Below are positions 1 through 11,150 of a stretch of 51,513 bases of DNA, one piece after another. The translations under genes and the position numbers were made by a program. Where the stretch lies: contig NC_068997.1 of the NCBI RefSeq assembly GCF_001194135.2, positions 43,914,734 through 43,966,246 on the forward strand. The letters are read 5' to 3'. Origin of the DNA: Octopus bimaculoides. Taxonomy: Eukaryota. Position 1 is the first letter of the stretch. The number at the start of each line of letters is the position of its first letter. Under the pieces are notes generated by a model. It searched no databases. It was not told the DNA's origin and saw only the letters and a list, made by a program, of their open reading frames with translations.

Positions 1-287
1 GAGACGCATCTTTGCCTCCACTGATTCACTTGCAAAGTGTTGAGTAAAATTATTTCGTTGCAGACCTCCTTTGGGTCTTTTTATTATCACTGCGACACAC
101 ATAGTCCCCAGTTGGTAACATTGATTTCAAGGCCCTCCTAGATGAGAGACTGGCATTCCACTTAATGTCTATGTTCCATGCTGGCATGGATTGGAGAGTT
201 ATTAATGTAGAAATATGGTATCGTAGCTACTAACAGTTGAGGGTTGCGTAGTCTAGACGGCGTTTTTAGATTTCATTATTCTCTTTA

Positions 288-316
288 ACCCGGGCAAAGC
301 CGGGTATTTCTGCTAG
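288..316 (+). mobile_element. Helitron-like 3' terminus
   Basis: GC-rich hairpin ACCCGG-gcaaag-CCGGGT, then CTAG 8 nt later followed by T, the canonical Helitron end. The 5' end was not located. Confidence 0.55.
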
Positions 317-900
317 TATATAATATACAGAATACAGTTCAAATGAAGGCAGTAATTAAACTGCCAATGTAAGTGTCATTACAGAGTGAGGAGTATGTGT
401 GCATGTGTATCTGTTTATGTTGCATGTATTTTTGTCACTAATGATTGAGCTAATTTTAGGAGACATTTTATTCGACGCCAGTGAATAACAGTAATAATGA
501 ATATTTATGTTATATACAAAGTGTGGATATGAATACAACTGCGTAAAAAAATATAAACATGAATATCATGCACACACACAGACATTCGCATATGGTATAT
601 GTACATGAGCACCTAGGTACAACCTGACTCAGTTTTTAACCTATCTGTTATCTTTTACTTGTTTCAGTCATTGGACTGTGTCCATGCTGGGGCAGTGCCT
701 CGAAGGATTTAGATGGAAGAAAATCAATCCCAGTACTTATCGTTGAAACCTGCTTGTTATTCCAGCAGTCTCTTTTGCTGATATCATCATTTTTCATTTT
801 TACTTTCCAAAGCATATGCATACATACATACATACATACATACATACATGCAAACATACATATTAATATATAATATATGTGTGTGTATATTATTATTATA

Positions 901-2437
901 TCATCATCATCGTTTAATGTCCGCTTTCCATGCTAGCATGGTTGGATGATTTGACTGAGAACTAGTGAGCCAGATGGCTGCACCAGGCTCCAATCTGATC
1001 TGGCAGAGTTTCTACAGCTGGATGCCCTTCCTAACGCCAACCACTCTGAGAGTGTAGTGGGTGCTTTTACGTGCCACCGCCACGAGGGCCAGTCAGGCAG
1101 TACTGGCAACAGCCATGCTCAAATGGTGTTTTTTTTATGTGCCACCTGCACAGGAGCCAGTCCAGCAGCACTGGCAATGACCTTGCTCGAATGTTGTTTT
1201 GCACGTGCCACCGGCACAAGTGCCAGTAAGGTGAGGCTGGTAACGATCATGCTCGAATGGTGCATTTTACGTGCCACCGGCACAGGAGCCAATCAGTGGC
1301 CCTGGCAACGATCACGCTCGGATGGTGCTCTTAATGTTCCACTAGCATGGATGCCAGTCAAGCAGTGCTGTCATCAGCGAATTTGATTTCGATTTCACTT
1401 GCCTCAACAGTTCTTTGCAAGCACAGTTTAGTGTCCAATGAAAGAAAGGTACGCATAAGTGGGCTGGTTACACCACTGGCATAGGCCACGGGTTATGGTC
1501 TCACTTGGCTTGCCAGGTCTTCTCAAGCACAGCATATTTTCAAAGGTCTCGGTCACTAGTCATTGCCTCGGTGAGGCCTAATGTTCGAAGGTTGTGCTTC
1601 ACCACCTCATCCTAGGTCTTCTTGGGTCTACCTCTTGTGCAGGTTCCCTCAACTGCTAGGGTGTGATACTTTTTCACACAGCTATCCTCATTCATTCTCA
1701 CCACATGAACATACCAGCGTAGTCATCTCTCTTGCACACCTGATGCTTCTTAGGTCCAACTTTGCACTCAAAGCACTTACACTCTGTCATGTATGCACAC
1801 TGACATTACACATCCAGCAGAGTATACTGGCTTCATTCCTTGCGAGCTTACGCATGTTCTCAGCAGTCACATCCATGTTTCACTGCCATGTAGCATGGCT
1901 GTTTGTACACATGTATCATACAGTCTACCTTGTCCTCTGAGCAAGGGGCCCTTTGTCACCAGCAGAGGTAGGAGCTCTCTGAACTTTACCCAGGTTATTC
2001 TTAGTCTAGCAGCTACACTTTCAGAGCATCCACCCCCACTACTAACTTGGTCACCTAGGTAATGGAAGCTGTCAACTACTTCTAGTTTTTCTCCCTGGAA
2101 TGTGGCAGTTGTTCTCTGCACATTTTCAGTGTTTATTACTCCTGAGCATCTGCCACATACAAAAACTATCTTCCTAGTTAGCCTTCCTTTGATATTGCTG
2201 CACCTCTTATGTGTCCATAGCTTACACTGGGTACATCTTATAGAGTTTCTATCTACGCCTTTTCTACAGATCGAGCAGGGCTATCTACCTAAAGGGATTT
2301 GTGGTTTGTCTGCCTTCCTACTTATTAGGACTTTGGTTTTAGCTAGGTTGACTCTAAAGCCCTTCGATTCTAATCCTTGCTTACATACCTGAAACTTCTC
2401 CTCTAGTTCTGATAGTGGCTCAGCAATTAGAGCAAGG
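901..2437 (-). mobile_element. RTE-clade LINE, 3' portion (end of RT, PHD-like insert, C-terminus, structured 3' UTR, (GAT)n tail); cut by gap
   Basis: Minus-strand translation LALIAE...GFRVNLAKTKVL...LEVVDSFHYLGD...WVKFRELLPLL...MLHGSETW...RGRPKKT with a few stops; the 3' end is ...aaacgatgatgatg. Confidence 0.9.
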
Positions 2438-3221
2438 NNNNNNNNNNNNNNNNNNNNNNNNNNNNNNNNNNNNNNNNNNNNNNNNNNNNNNNNNNNNNNN
2501 NNNNNNNNNNNNNNNNNNNNNNNNNNNNNNNNNNNNNNNNNNNNNNNNNNNNNNNNNNNNNNNNNNNNNNNNNNNNNNNNNNNNNNNNNNNNNNNNNNNN
2601 NNNNNNNNNNNNNNNNNNNNNNNNNNNNNNNNNNNNNNNNNNNNNNNNNNNNNNNNNNNNNNNNNNNNNNNNNNNNNNNNNNNNNNNNNNNNNNNNNNNN
2701 NNNNNNNNNNNNNNNNNNNNNNNNNNNNNNNNNNNNNNNNNNNNNNNNNNNNNNNNNNNNNNNNNNNNNNNNNNNNNNNNNNNNNNNNNNNNNNNNNNNN
2801 NNNNNNNNNNNNNNNNNNNNNNNNNNNNNNNNNNNNTTATTAAACTTGAATATTTTTCAAGCAATGAAGAATTTTCATCAAAATAATGATATAATATAGT
2901 TTGCAGGCAAATACTGAGATTGATTTAATCAATTATACTTCTTGCCAAGTAACCAGAAACATGTACTGGTATTTTATTTATCGACCACGAAAGGATGAAA
3001 GGCAAAGTCAACCTTGGTGGAATTTGAACTTAGAACGTGACGGCAGACGAAATACCACTAAGCATTTCGCCCGGCGTGCTAACGATTCTGGCAGCTTGCT
3101 GCCTTAGAACATGTTTCTGGTTACTTTTGGGTAGCTCTTCATACATTTTCCGGCCGCGTGCCTATAGGAGAAAGGATATTATTATTATAAGCTTGTGATC
3201 TGGCAGGACCAACAAAGTCAT

Positions 3222-3620
3222 CACCATCATCACTGTTTAACATCTGCTTTCTATGCTGGCATGGGTTGGATGGTTTGATAGGAGCTGGCCAGGCAGGAGC
3301 CTGCGCCAGACTTTTATGTCTGTTTTAGCATAGTTTTTGCAGTTGGATACCCTTCCTAATACTAACCCTAACCCTAACCCTAACCCTAACCCTAACCACC
3401 CAACAGAGTGGACAGTGCTTTTTATGCGGCACGAGCATAGGTAACATCAGTTCTGGCATAATTTTTACAGTTGGATGCCCTTCCAAATGCCAATCACTTA
3501 ACATTGAAGACTGAATGCTTTTTGCATGGCACCAACATTGGCAGGGTCACCAAGTAACTTTGCAAGACAAGAAATCTTTGTGAGGAGAAGGGGGGCATTG
3601 GAGGAGGTGATCTTGTGTCA
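3222..3620 (-). mobile_element. Truncated, diverged RTE 3' UTR copy (similar copies near 7860-8050, 12476-12790 and 24805-25110 on -, and 15430-15660, 16490-16655, 23480-23830, 37070-37340 and 41640-41915 on +)
   Basis: Shares catcatcatcgtttaacgtccgctttccatgctagcatgggttgga...ggatgcccttcctaacgccaacc with 901-1380. Confidence 0.8.
3362..3397 (-). repeat. Interstitial telomere-type repeat (TTAGGG)6
   Basis: Six perfect CTAACC units. Confidence 0.9.
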
Positions 3621-3906
3621 GATGATGAAAGGTTTGAGCGTGACGGACAGACAGAGAGGCAAAAACAGGTGTTTTGCTGTAGAGGAGGTACATGGTTACC
3701 TGGCCAGAGGGAGAGAGAAAAGAAAAAGGGTTTTGTGGTATTTCTTCTGACATATTACATTCTGAGTTCAAATTCCATTAAGAATGCCTTTTCATCTCTC
3801 TGAGATTGATAAAATAAAATATCAGTCAAGTACTAGGGTTCATTAGATTGTTGGCTTTGTGCCAAAATTTGAAACAATTATTATTAGCATCATCACTACC
3901 ATCACC

Positions 3907-3940
<34 letters not shown>

Positions 3941-3978
3941 TCATCATCATTATTTTTAATAATAATAATAATAATAAT

Positions 3979-4254
3979 TCCAAGATACCAGGAAACCCCA
4001 AAATGGCAAAAATTCAAAAGATAGTGTTCATGGGAACTGCCCATATCCTATGTGAAATATTGTTTATCTAATCTCAAATTTTAAAACAAACTTATAATTT
4101 TCTTGTTTTCTTAAACATTCTCTAGAACTATGTGCAAAGACAAATATATGACACCCTAGGCATAATACCAACTTGAACTTCTAACTTGTTGTCTCTCGAG
4201 GTCTCTGGGTGAGACTTGGAGTCAACTTGTACAAATACAAAACAAAAGTCAAAC
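3979..4254 (+). mobile_element. 5'-truncated R4/Dong-like LINE 3' end embedded in (AAT)n
   Basis: KIQKIVFMGTAHILCEIL matches the restriction-like endonuclease LINE C-terminus (LQK..LLGTARIL). (AAT)n lies on both sides. Confidence 0.7.
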
Positions 4255-4314
<60 letters not shown>

Positions 4315-4317
<3 letters not shown>

Positions 4318-4872
4318 GCCCGGATGCAGTACCAGGCAGTGGCTCTCATGGCTTCTGATCTTAATTGATTGGAAGTGTTATCAATGTACATTGGTTTGTC
4401 TTGGTATGAAAAGATGGGCTACAGCAAATATTCTGCTTAATACCACAGATTTGCTTGTCAGTTGTTTGACCTTAACCAGTTGAGCATGTCCTTGTTGGCT
4501 GACGATATGTACATCTCTGATCATGAGCAGAAGTAGTGGGGGAGCATCATAGCTATGTATTGAGAGGAATTCTTTGGGGTTTGAATAATTCACCTTTGGA
4601 AACATGGGTGTTTTGCTCAACATCCTTAAACAAACCTTATTCCGGGACCTTTTGAGCGGGATGGGCTACTCGACTTGAAGAAAATTCTAACTGGGCCCCA
4701 CCTGTGAGGTCATGCGCTGTTTATCTTGATATGAGATCAGCATGTCGCGCACAAATGGTTGTGATGCATGCGCCTAGTGTGCCCTTATCAGACGGGTAGT
4801 CATGATGGGTATACTGGGCTTCGTATATTTTACCCCAGTGTCACTTTGATGGCATGCACTGCTCTCTCACTC
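4315..4872 (+). mobile_element. Non-autonomous ~560 bp retroposon flanked by (AAT)n (family D); second full copy 32774-33547 on -
   Basis: Two copies share the same ends (aaatg[c/t]cc[g/t]gatgcagta ... ctctctcactc + (AAT)n) and have no long ORF. Confidence 0.75.
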
Positions 4873-5988
4873 AATAATAATAATAATAATAATAATAATG
4901 AAGGTGGTGAGGTGACTGAATCGTTAGCACACCGGACAAAATGCTTAATGGCATTTCATACATCTTTACATTCTGGGTTCAAATTCTGCCAAGGTTCACT
5001 TTGCCTTCCATACTTTCAAGGTCAATAAAATAAATAGTAATCAAAGTGCTGAGGCTAAAGTAATTGATTTACACCCTCCTCCAAATTTCATGCCTTGTGC
5101 CTATAGTAGAAAGGATTATTATTATTATTCTGCTGAGGTCAACTTTGCCTTTCATCCTTTCGGGGTCAATAAATTAAGTACCAGTGAAACACTGGCATCG
5201 ACATAATCAACTAGTCCCCTCCCCCAAAATTTCAGGCCTTGTGCCTTTAGTAGAAAAAATTATTATTATTATATTTATTATTATTATTTTTTTAATTTTT
5301 ATTATTATCATCATCATACCTGTTTACTGAGAAATGATGATGTCATGGTAACATTTCAACAAGTTGCTTTTTATAAATGGAAAGCAGCAATTATGTGAAA
5401 CAGTGTTGTTATTTAGCCCCAGGTCAGTCAAAATCCAAAATAGCCATATTCAACAGCCATTCCCCTTTAACAAATCCAGTCCTTGTGTGTTTTGTCCAAG
5501 CATAAATACATTATCCAGAATGTCTTTTCGATTTTGAGTGAGATTTGGTTGTTATTTCTAACTGATTATGTAACTTCAGTGTTTTCATTTGAAGCTTACT
5601 GTATTTTCATAATGATTTAGTTATAAGTGGAAACGTAATAGATTAAGGCTACCAGGCAGAATTTTAAAGATTACAGATTAAGTCTACCACCTAGATGATG
5701 GATTAAGTCTACCATTTAGTAGTGAAAACTCAATGGATTAAATCTAACACCCAGTTGATGTTTTATCTTTTATCTTTTACATGTTTCAGTCATTGGAGTG
5801 TAACCATGCTGGAGCACAACCTTGAAGAATTTTTAGTTGAATGCATCGACCACCAGTACTTATTTTTTCATAAGGCCTTGTAACTTATTCTATTGATCTT
5901 TTTTGCCAAATCACTAAGTTACAGAGACGTAAACACACCAACACTGGTTGTCAACAAGCTGTGGTGGGGAGACAAACACAGATACAAA

Positions 5989-6026
<38 letters not shown>

Positions 6027-6250
6027 TATATATGTGTGTATACAACAATCCACTCACAAGGCTTTGGTCAGCCCGAAGCTATAGTAGAATACACTTGCCC
6101 AAGGTGCCACAGAGTGGGACTGAACCCAGGACCATGTGATTGGGAAGCAAGCTTCTTACCACACAGCCATACCTGCACCTAAACCTTAATAGGTAAAAAT
6201 CTCAAATGACTATCTACATCAGATTTTATCTAGTCATGCAATTATTTTAA

Positions 6251-6445
6251 CCCTTTAGCATTCAGATTATTCGGTCAAATGTAATGCTTATTTATTCACA
6301 TTGTTTTGAATTAATTCTGCATTATCTCGTAGCTTTGAGATTTCAATGGCATGATTGTTTGTTTGTAAAATAACATTGTAGCCAGTTTGAACATAAACCA
6401 GGTAGAATATTTATACCAGATACGGCCAGTTTAAATTGTAAAGGG
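6251..6445. mobile_element. piggyBac-like MITE (further copies about 21620-21750, and split by SINE G at about 35290-35845)
   Basis: ttaa|CCCTTTAGCA ... TGTAAAGGG|ttta termini; internal sequence shared among copies. Confidence 0.6.
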
Positions 6446-9400
6446 TTTACTCTGATAACTTCCATTCACCCTTTCTTTAACTTATTTCTAATGAAATACA
6501 TTGCTTTCATTTCAATTAATTTGGAAAACAGTGAAGAATGCAGTAAAATAATTTTGTCATTGCGCTGGCAGAGTGTTCGCACACTGGACAAAATGCCAAG
6601 AAGCGTTTTGCCTGCCTTTACATTCTGAATTCAAAGTTCATCAAGGTCGGCTTTGCTTTTTATCCTTTCAGAGTCAATAAAATAAGTACCAGTTGAACAC
6701 TGGGGTCAATGTAATTGACTTAACCTGTCCCCCCAAAATAGCTGACCTTGAGCCAAAATTTTAAACCATTATTAATCTGGTGTTTGAAACATAAAATAAC
6801 ATGAAATTTTAGTGGATGGTTTTAATTCAGATTTCTATAAAACTCAAAATTTGCATTATAGAACCAGAGACTGTCTTAGATGGATTGGTTTCAGAAAGAT
6901 TAAATACTTTATATTTTGAAAAATGATAGTTTATTATTCGAAAACATTTACAACAAATAATTCAGTTTCTAAGGATTATATTCAGCTGACTGAGAATCCC
7001 TTTAAGTTAAGATTCAGTCAATATCAACGTATTCTTTGAAATTCTGAAAGTTTACTAAAAGTACGTTTCATTGTTAAAAAATATCAACATCAGAAAGTGT
7101 AAAATTATTTGGCGGATATCAAAACATGCTTTGTCATATGAGATAATGATGGCTGTGGTAATTGTTTGCATTTCAGAGAAAATTAATATATTGCCTCTTA
7201 GGAATTCTCTTAAATACTCATACAGAGCTTAATATCTTTTTTCTCACTATAGATTAAAATATTAGCAGAATGTTGCACATTCCAAACAAAGCAAAACTCT
7301 GTTGCTAACGTGCATCTCACATTCAATGTTTTTGACATCATAAATCAGAATTTTTGTTGAAATATTTTTAAATGCCTAGAGGGTGAATGCCAGCCATTTT
7401 TATATATACTGTGGCATCTTTCAACCAAAACAAAAGGCTTTTCTATTGTTAATATGCTTATTAAACAGTTTTTATTTCACACTTAAATTTAAGATCATTA
7501 ACTTTGAAATTCTTAGTAACTGTCTTTCTTTTATGGGTAGTAGCTTTGATGCATTGTGTGTGTGTGTGTGTGTGTGTGTGTTATATTTAAGAGTAGTCTT
7601 CACGTATAAATTTATGAAACTGATGCTTATGTGCATAAACGTGTGTGTGTGTGTGTGTGTGTTTTGTAATCATCAGCATTATCAGCATTCTTTTACAGAA
7701 TAGGCAAGGGGCATTTTATCACGCCACTTGTACTAGAGAAGTTGTCTTGTACCAGACAAATATTTGTCTTCCTTCCCTATCTTAGCATGGTTATTTGTAC
7801 ACACACACACACACACACACATGCTGCTGATGATGATAATGTGTGTGTGTGTGTGTATGTGTGATCATCAACATCATCTTTAACAATCATTTTCATGCTG
7901 TTGTGGGTTGGACAGTTTGACCAGAACTGGCAAGCCAGAGAGCTGCACCAGGTTCCAGTCTGATTTGGCTATATTTCTGCACCTGGTGGCCCTTCCTATG
8001 ACCAACCGATTTAGAGTGTGTGCTGGGTGCTTTCAACATGGCACCGGCACAAGACTCTTGCAGGCTTATTCTCATCACCAGGGAATACAGCCTTAGCATT
8101 TCTGCTGTGAAGGATGGATCTTCTTGAGTAAAGCAAGGCACCAGGTATCTCAGTCCTTTGTCATCTCATCTGAATGAAAGGTTCAGCATTCTGAGGTGTC
8201 ATCCTTTAATACATCGGCCATATATATGGATGGCCGAAAGTCACCTGACAGTAAATCAAAACCATTTAATTCCAAGATTTATTTATGTTTAACGAATGAA
8301 TGAATTTAATAAAAGCATCTGAATGTGAAACATCATGAAAATTGTTCAAACTGAAGTCCTTCTTGAGGGATACATTTTCCCATTCAAGTCGATATAGAAT
8401 TACAGATAGTATTTATGGAATTTTGGTTTACTGTCATGTGACTTTTAGTCAACCCTGTACAAATATATTTTTTTATTCTATTATTCTTTTTCTTGTTTCA
8501 GTTATTTGACTGTGGCCATGCTTGGGCACCGCCTTTAGTCAAACAAATCGACCCCAGGACTTATTCTTTGTAAGCCTAGTACTTATTTTGTCAGTCTCTT
8601 TTTGCCAGACCGCTAAGTGACAGGGATATAAACACACCAACATCAGTTGTCAAGCGATGATGAAGGGACAAACACAGACACAAATAATAGATATATATAT
8701 ATATATATATTGTGTTGTTTTCCAGTCTTTTTTTACTCTAATGACTCCATATATTTATAATGAGTGATGTAGTTAAGTTGTGACTGGGTTCTGAGTTCAG
8801 TCCCCCTGTGTCTTGTCTAGAATTTGTTTGAGGGAAACTGCAAAAGTTCATAGTGTGTGTGTGTGTGTGTGTGCATGCATGCGTGTGTGCATGCAGTGTG
8901 TCCCGTAATATAGTATGTGGAAGAATAAAAAATCATAAAATATACTGTACTGAAATAAATACTGTGTTTGTGGGCAATAGGATTTGGTTAAAACCTGGAA
9001 GGCAGAACCCTAATATGACAGCAGTGCAATGAATGAAACTAGCAAAATAATAAAAGAATGTAGTATGTATGTAGAAGTTGTGTGTGTGGGGGGAGAGAGA
9101 GAGAGAGGGAGGGAGACAGATGACATTCAGTGACCCTCAAAAAGCTTTGAGTGGAGCCACTGCTTCATGGTTGGATGATTTTGACAGTAGTAATGTGAAG
9201 TGGGACCAGATGGTGTGCTAAGAGGAGACAGGCAAGGTACTTGAAATCCCATTCATGTAGTTGTCAGTAGTAGTAGAATAGTGGTGGTGGGATGAACCCA
9301 GAGGTCTTGAGTTAGTGAAGTTATTGTTGTTTGTTGTTGCTGTTTCTACCATTGTTGTTGTTTAGGTCCAGGTTCACTTTCTTAAGGTGATTTGAGAGAG

Positions 9401-10899
9401 GTTTAGCTGCTATTTCTTGTAAGACCAGAGACCACTTTGTGGCATCCGCTTAGAATTTGTTTTTTTATTGTTTTATTGTTCTTGTTATTTAACCCTAGGT
9501 CATCAAAGGCATTCCAGTCACAATATTCCCATTTTTTTAGGGTTATGTGAGATTACGCTATCTTATTTGTCCTTCCATTTTCAACAATGATTGGTCTGCC
9601 ATGAGAGATATTTCTAGCACAAAGGTTCTTTTTGTTAAACCAGTGTTGTTGTTAATATTGTTAATAGCGATAAGGAGATGAGTTGGTAGAATCCTTAGCA
9701 TACTGGACAAAATGCTTGGTGGTATTGCTTCCAGCTCTATGTTCTGAGTTCAAATTCTTTTGGTGTTGATAAAATAAGTATTGGCCGAGCACTGGAGTCT
9801 GTAATCAATGCACCCCTCTTCTCAATAGTGCTGGCCCTGTATGAGAAGTTAGAAAAAATTATTGTTCATTTTGATGGTCATGATGATTTCTGCAATTTAA
9901 GTGGTGATGCTTAGGCTGTTGGTAAAAGGTATATATGTGAATGAATGAATGTAATGTAATGTAATAATTCTTTTTAGGAATGGTGTATATTGAGGCAAAT
10001 AAAGTTATAAATAATAGCATGTAAATATTGGATTTAAAGAACCCTTTGTTTACAATGTCTTGCAGAAATAAGACCAAGTCAAGATGCAAAATCTGAGGAG
10101 AGTTTCAGCTACGTATCAACAGAACTGTGTTTAACATACCAAAGTAACTTTCTTGGGTGACTTCCACCTTCCCGATCTCAAATAAGCAAAGGATCCTATT
10201 CAAGACACATATAATCTGTATCTTGTGTCACCAACAATGTTTTCACAGAATAACTGATCTTTTACCCTAATCACTGGATAAATCTCTAAATGTTGATTTT
10301 ACGACACAAATTCAGAATTCATTCATAATGTCAAAGTGACTCCTTCATTTGCAAACAGATTCATTCGTTGTGGATTTTGTTGTTTAAATCCACACCTGTC
10401 TCAGACCTCTGACCAACAATGTGACAATCCTGTCTTTTTCCTCAGACGCAATATATGAATCACTAATGTAGTTATTTATTTCCTTATTGCCCATAGGGGG
10501 CTAAACATAGAAGGGACAAACAAGTCAGGCAAAGGGAATATGTCGAATACATCGACTCCAGCACATAACTGGTACTTATTTAATTGACCCCGAAAGGATG
10601 AAAGGCAAAGTCAACCTCGGCAGAATTTGAACTCAGGACGTAAAGGCAGATGAAATATCGCTAAGCATTTCACCTGGCATGCTAACGACTCTGCCAGCTC
10701 GCCGCTTTATATGAATCCCTAATGTAATTATTATGTAACAAGAGTCACAGGTGACTCATTGGATAATTTCACAAAAAGGCAAATACAAAATGGACATTTA
10801 TATGATTCATGCAGCACAAGGTAAAATAACAGTTAATTAAAACACTTAAAATAACAGTTAATTGATTATCAATCAAATATGTTATGTTTATATATTCGT

Positions 10900-11150
10900 T
10901 TTGCAAGATTCTTGATGTGAAATCGTGTGTTGAAACAGATATTGTTGTATTTGGGAATGGTCATGTTGCCAGTTTAGCCAATAAAAACACACGCACTATA
11001 TATTTGGTGTTAATTTGCTTCAGCTTTATTTTACATTAATCGTATTTCGGTCAGAGTTCTTTCGTCACATTCTGTGACCTCATCAGTGGTCCTTTGCTTT
11101 CTTCTTTCTTATTTGCGTGTCTTTCCTTACTAACGATCAGCCATTTTGTA
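10900..11150 (-). mobile_element. Penelope-like pseudo-LTR remnant with hammerhead-core-like motif
   Basis: Minus strand reads CTGATGA-GGTCA...TGACC-GAAA, followed by AATAAA and AT-rich sequence as in PLE repeats. Confidence 0.45.

Noticed and set aside
1060-1380. CRISPR-like or prokaryotic repeat array
   Set aside because: The units are diverged without unique spacers, lie in a LINE 3' UTR, and the context is eukaryotic.
4315-4400. HDV-like ribozyme at the 5' end of family D
   Set aside because: P1 and P3 can be loosely drawn, but the P1.1 GG, P4 and J4/2 elements could not be placed.
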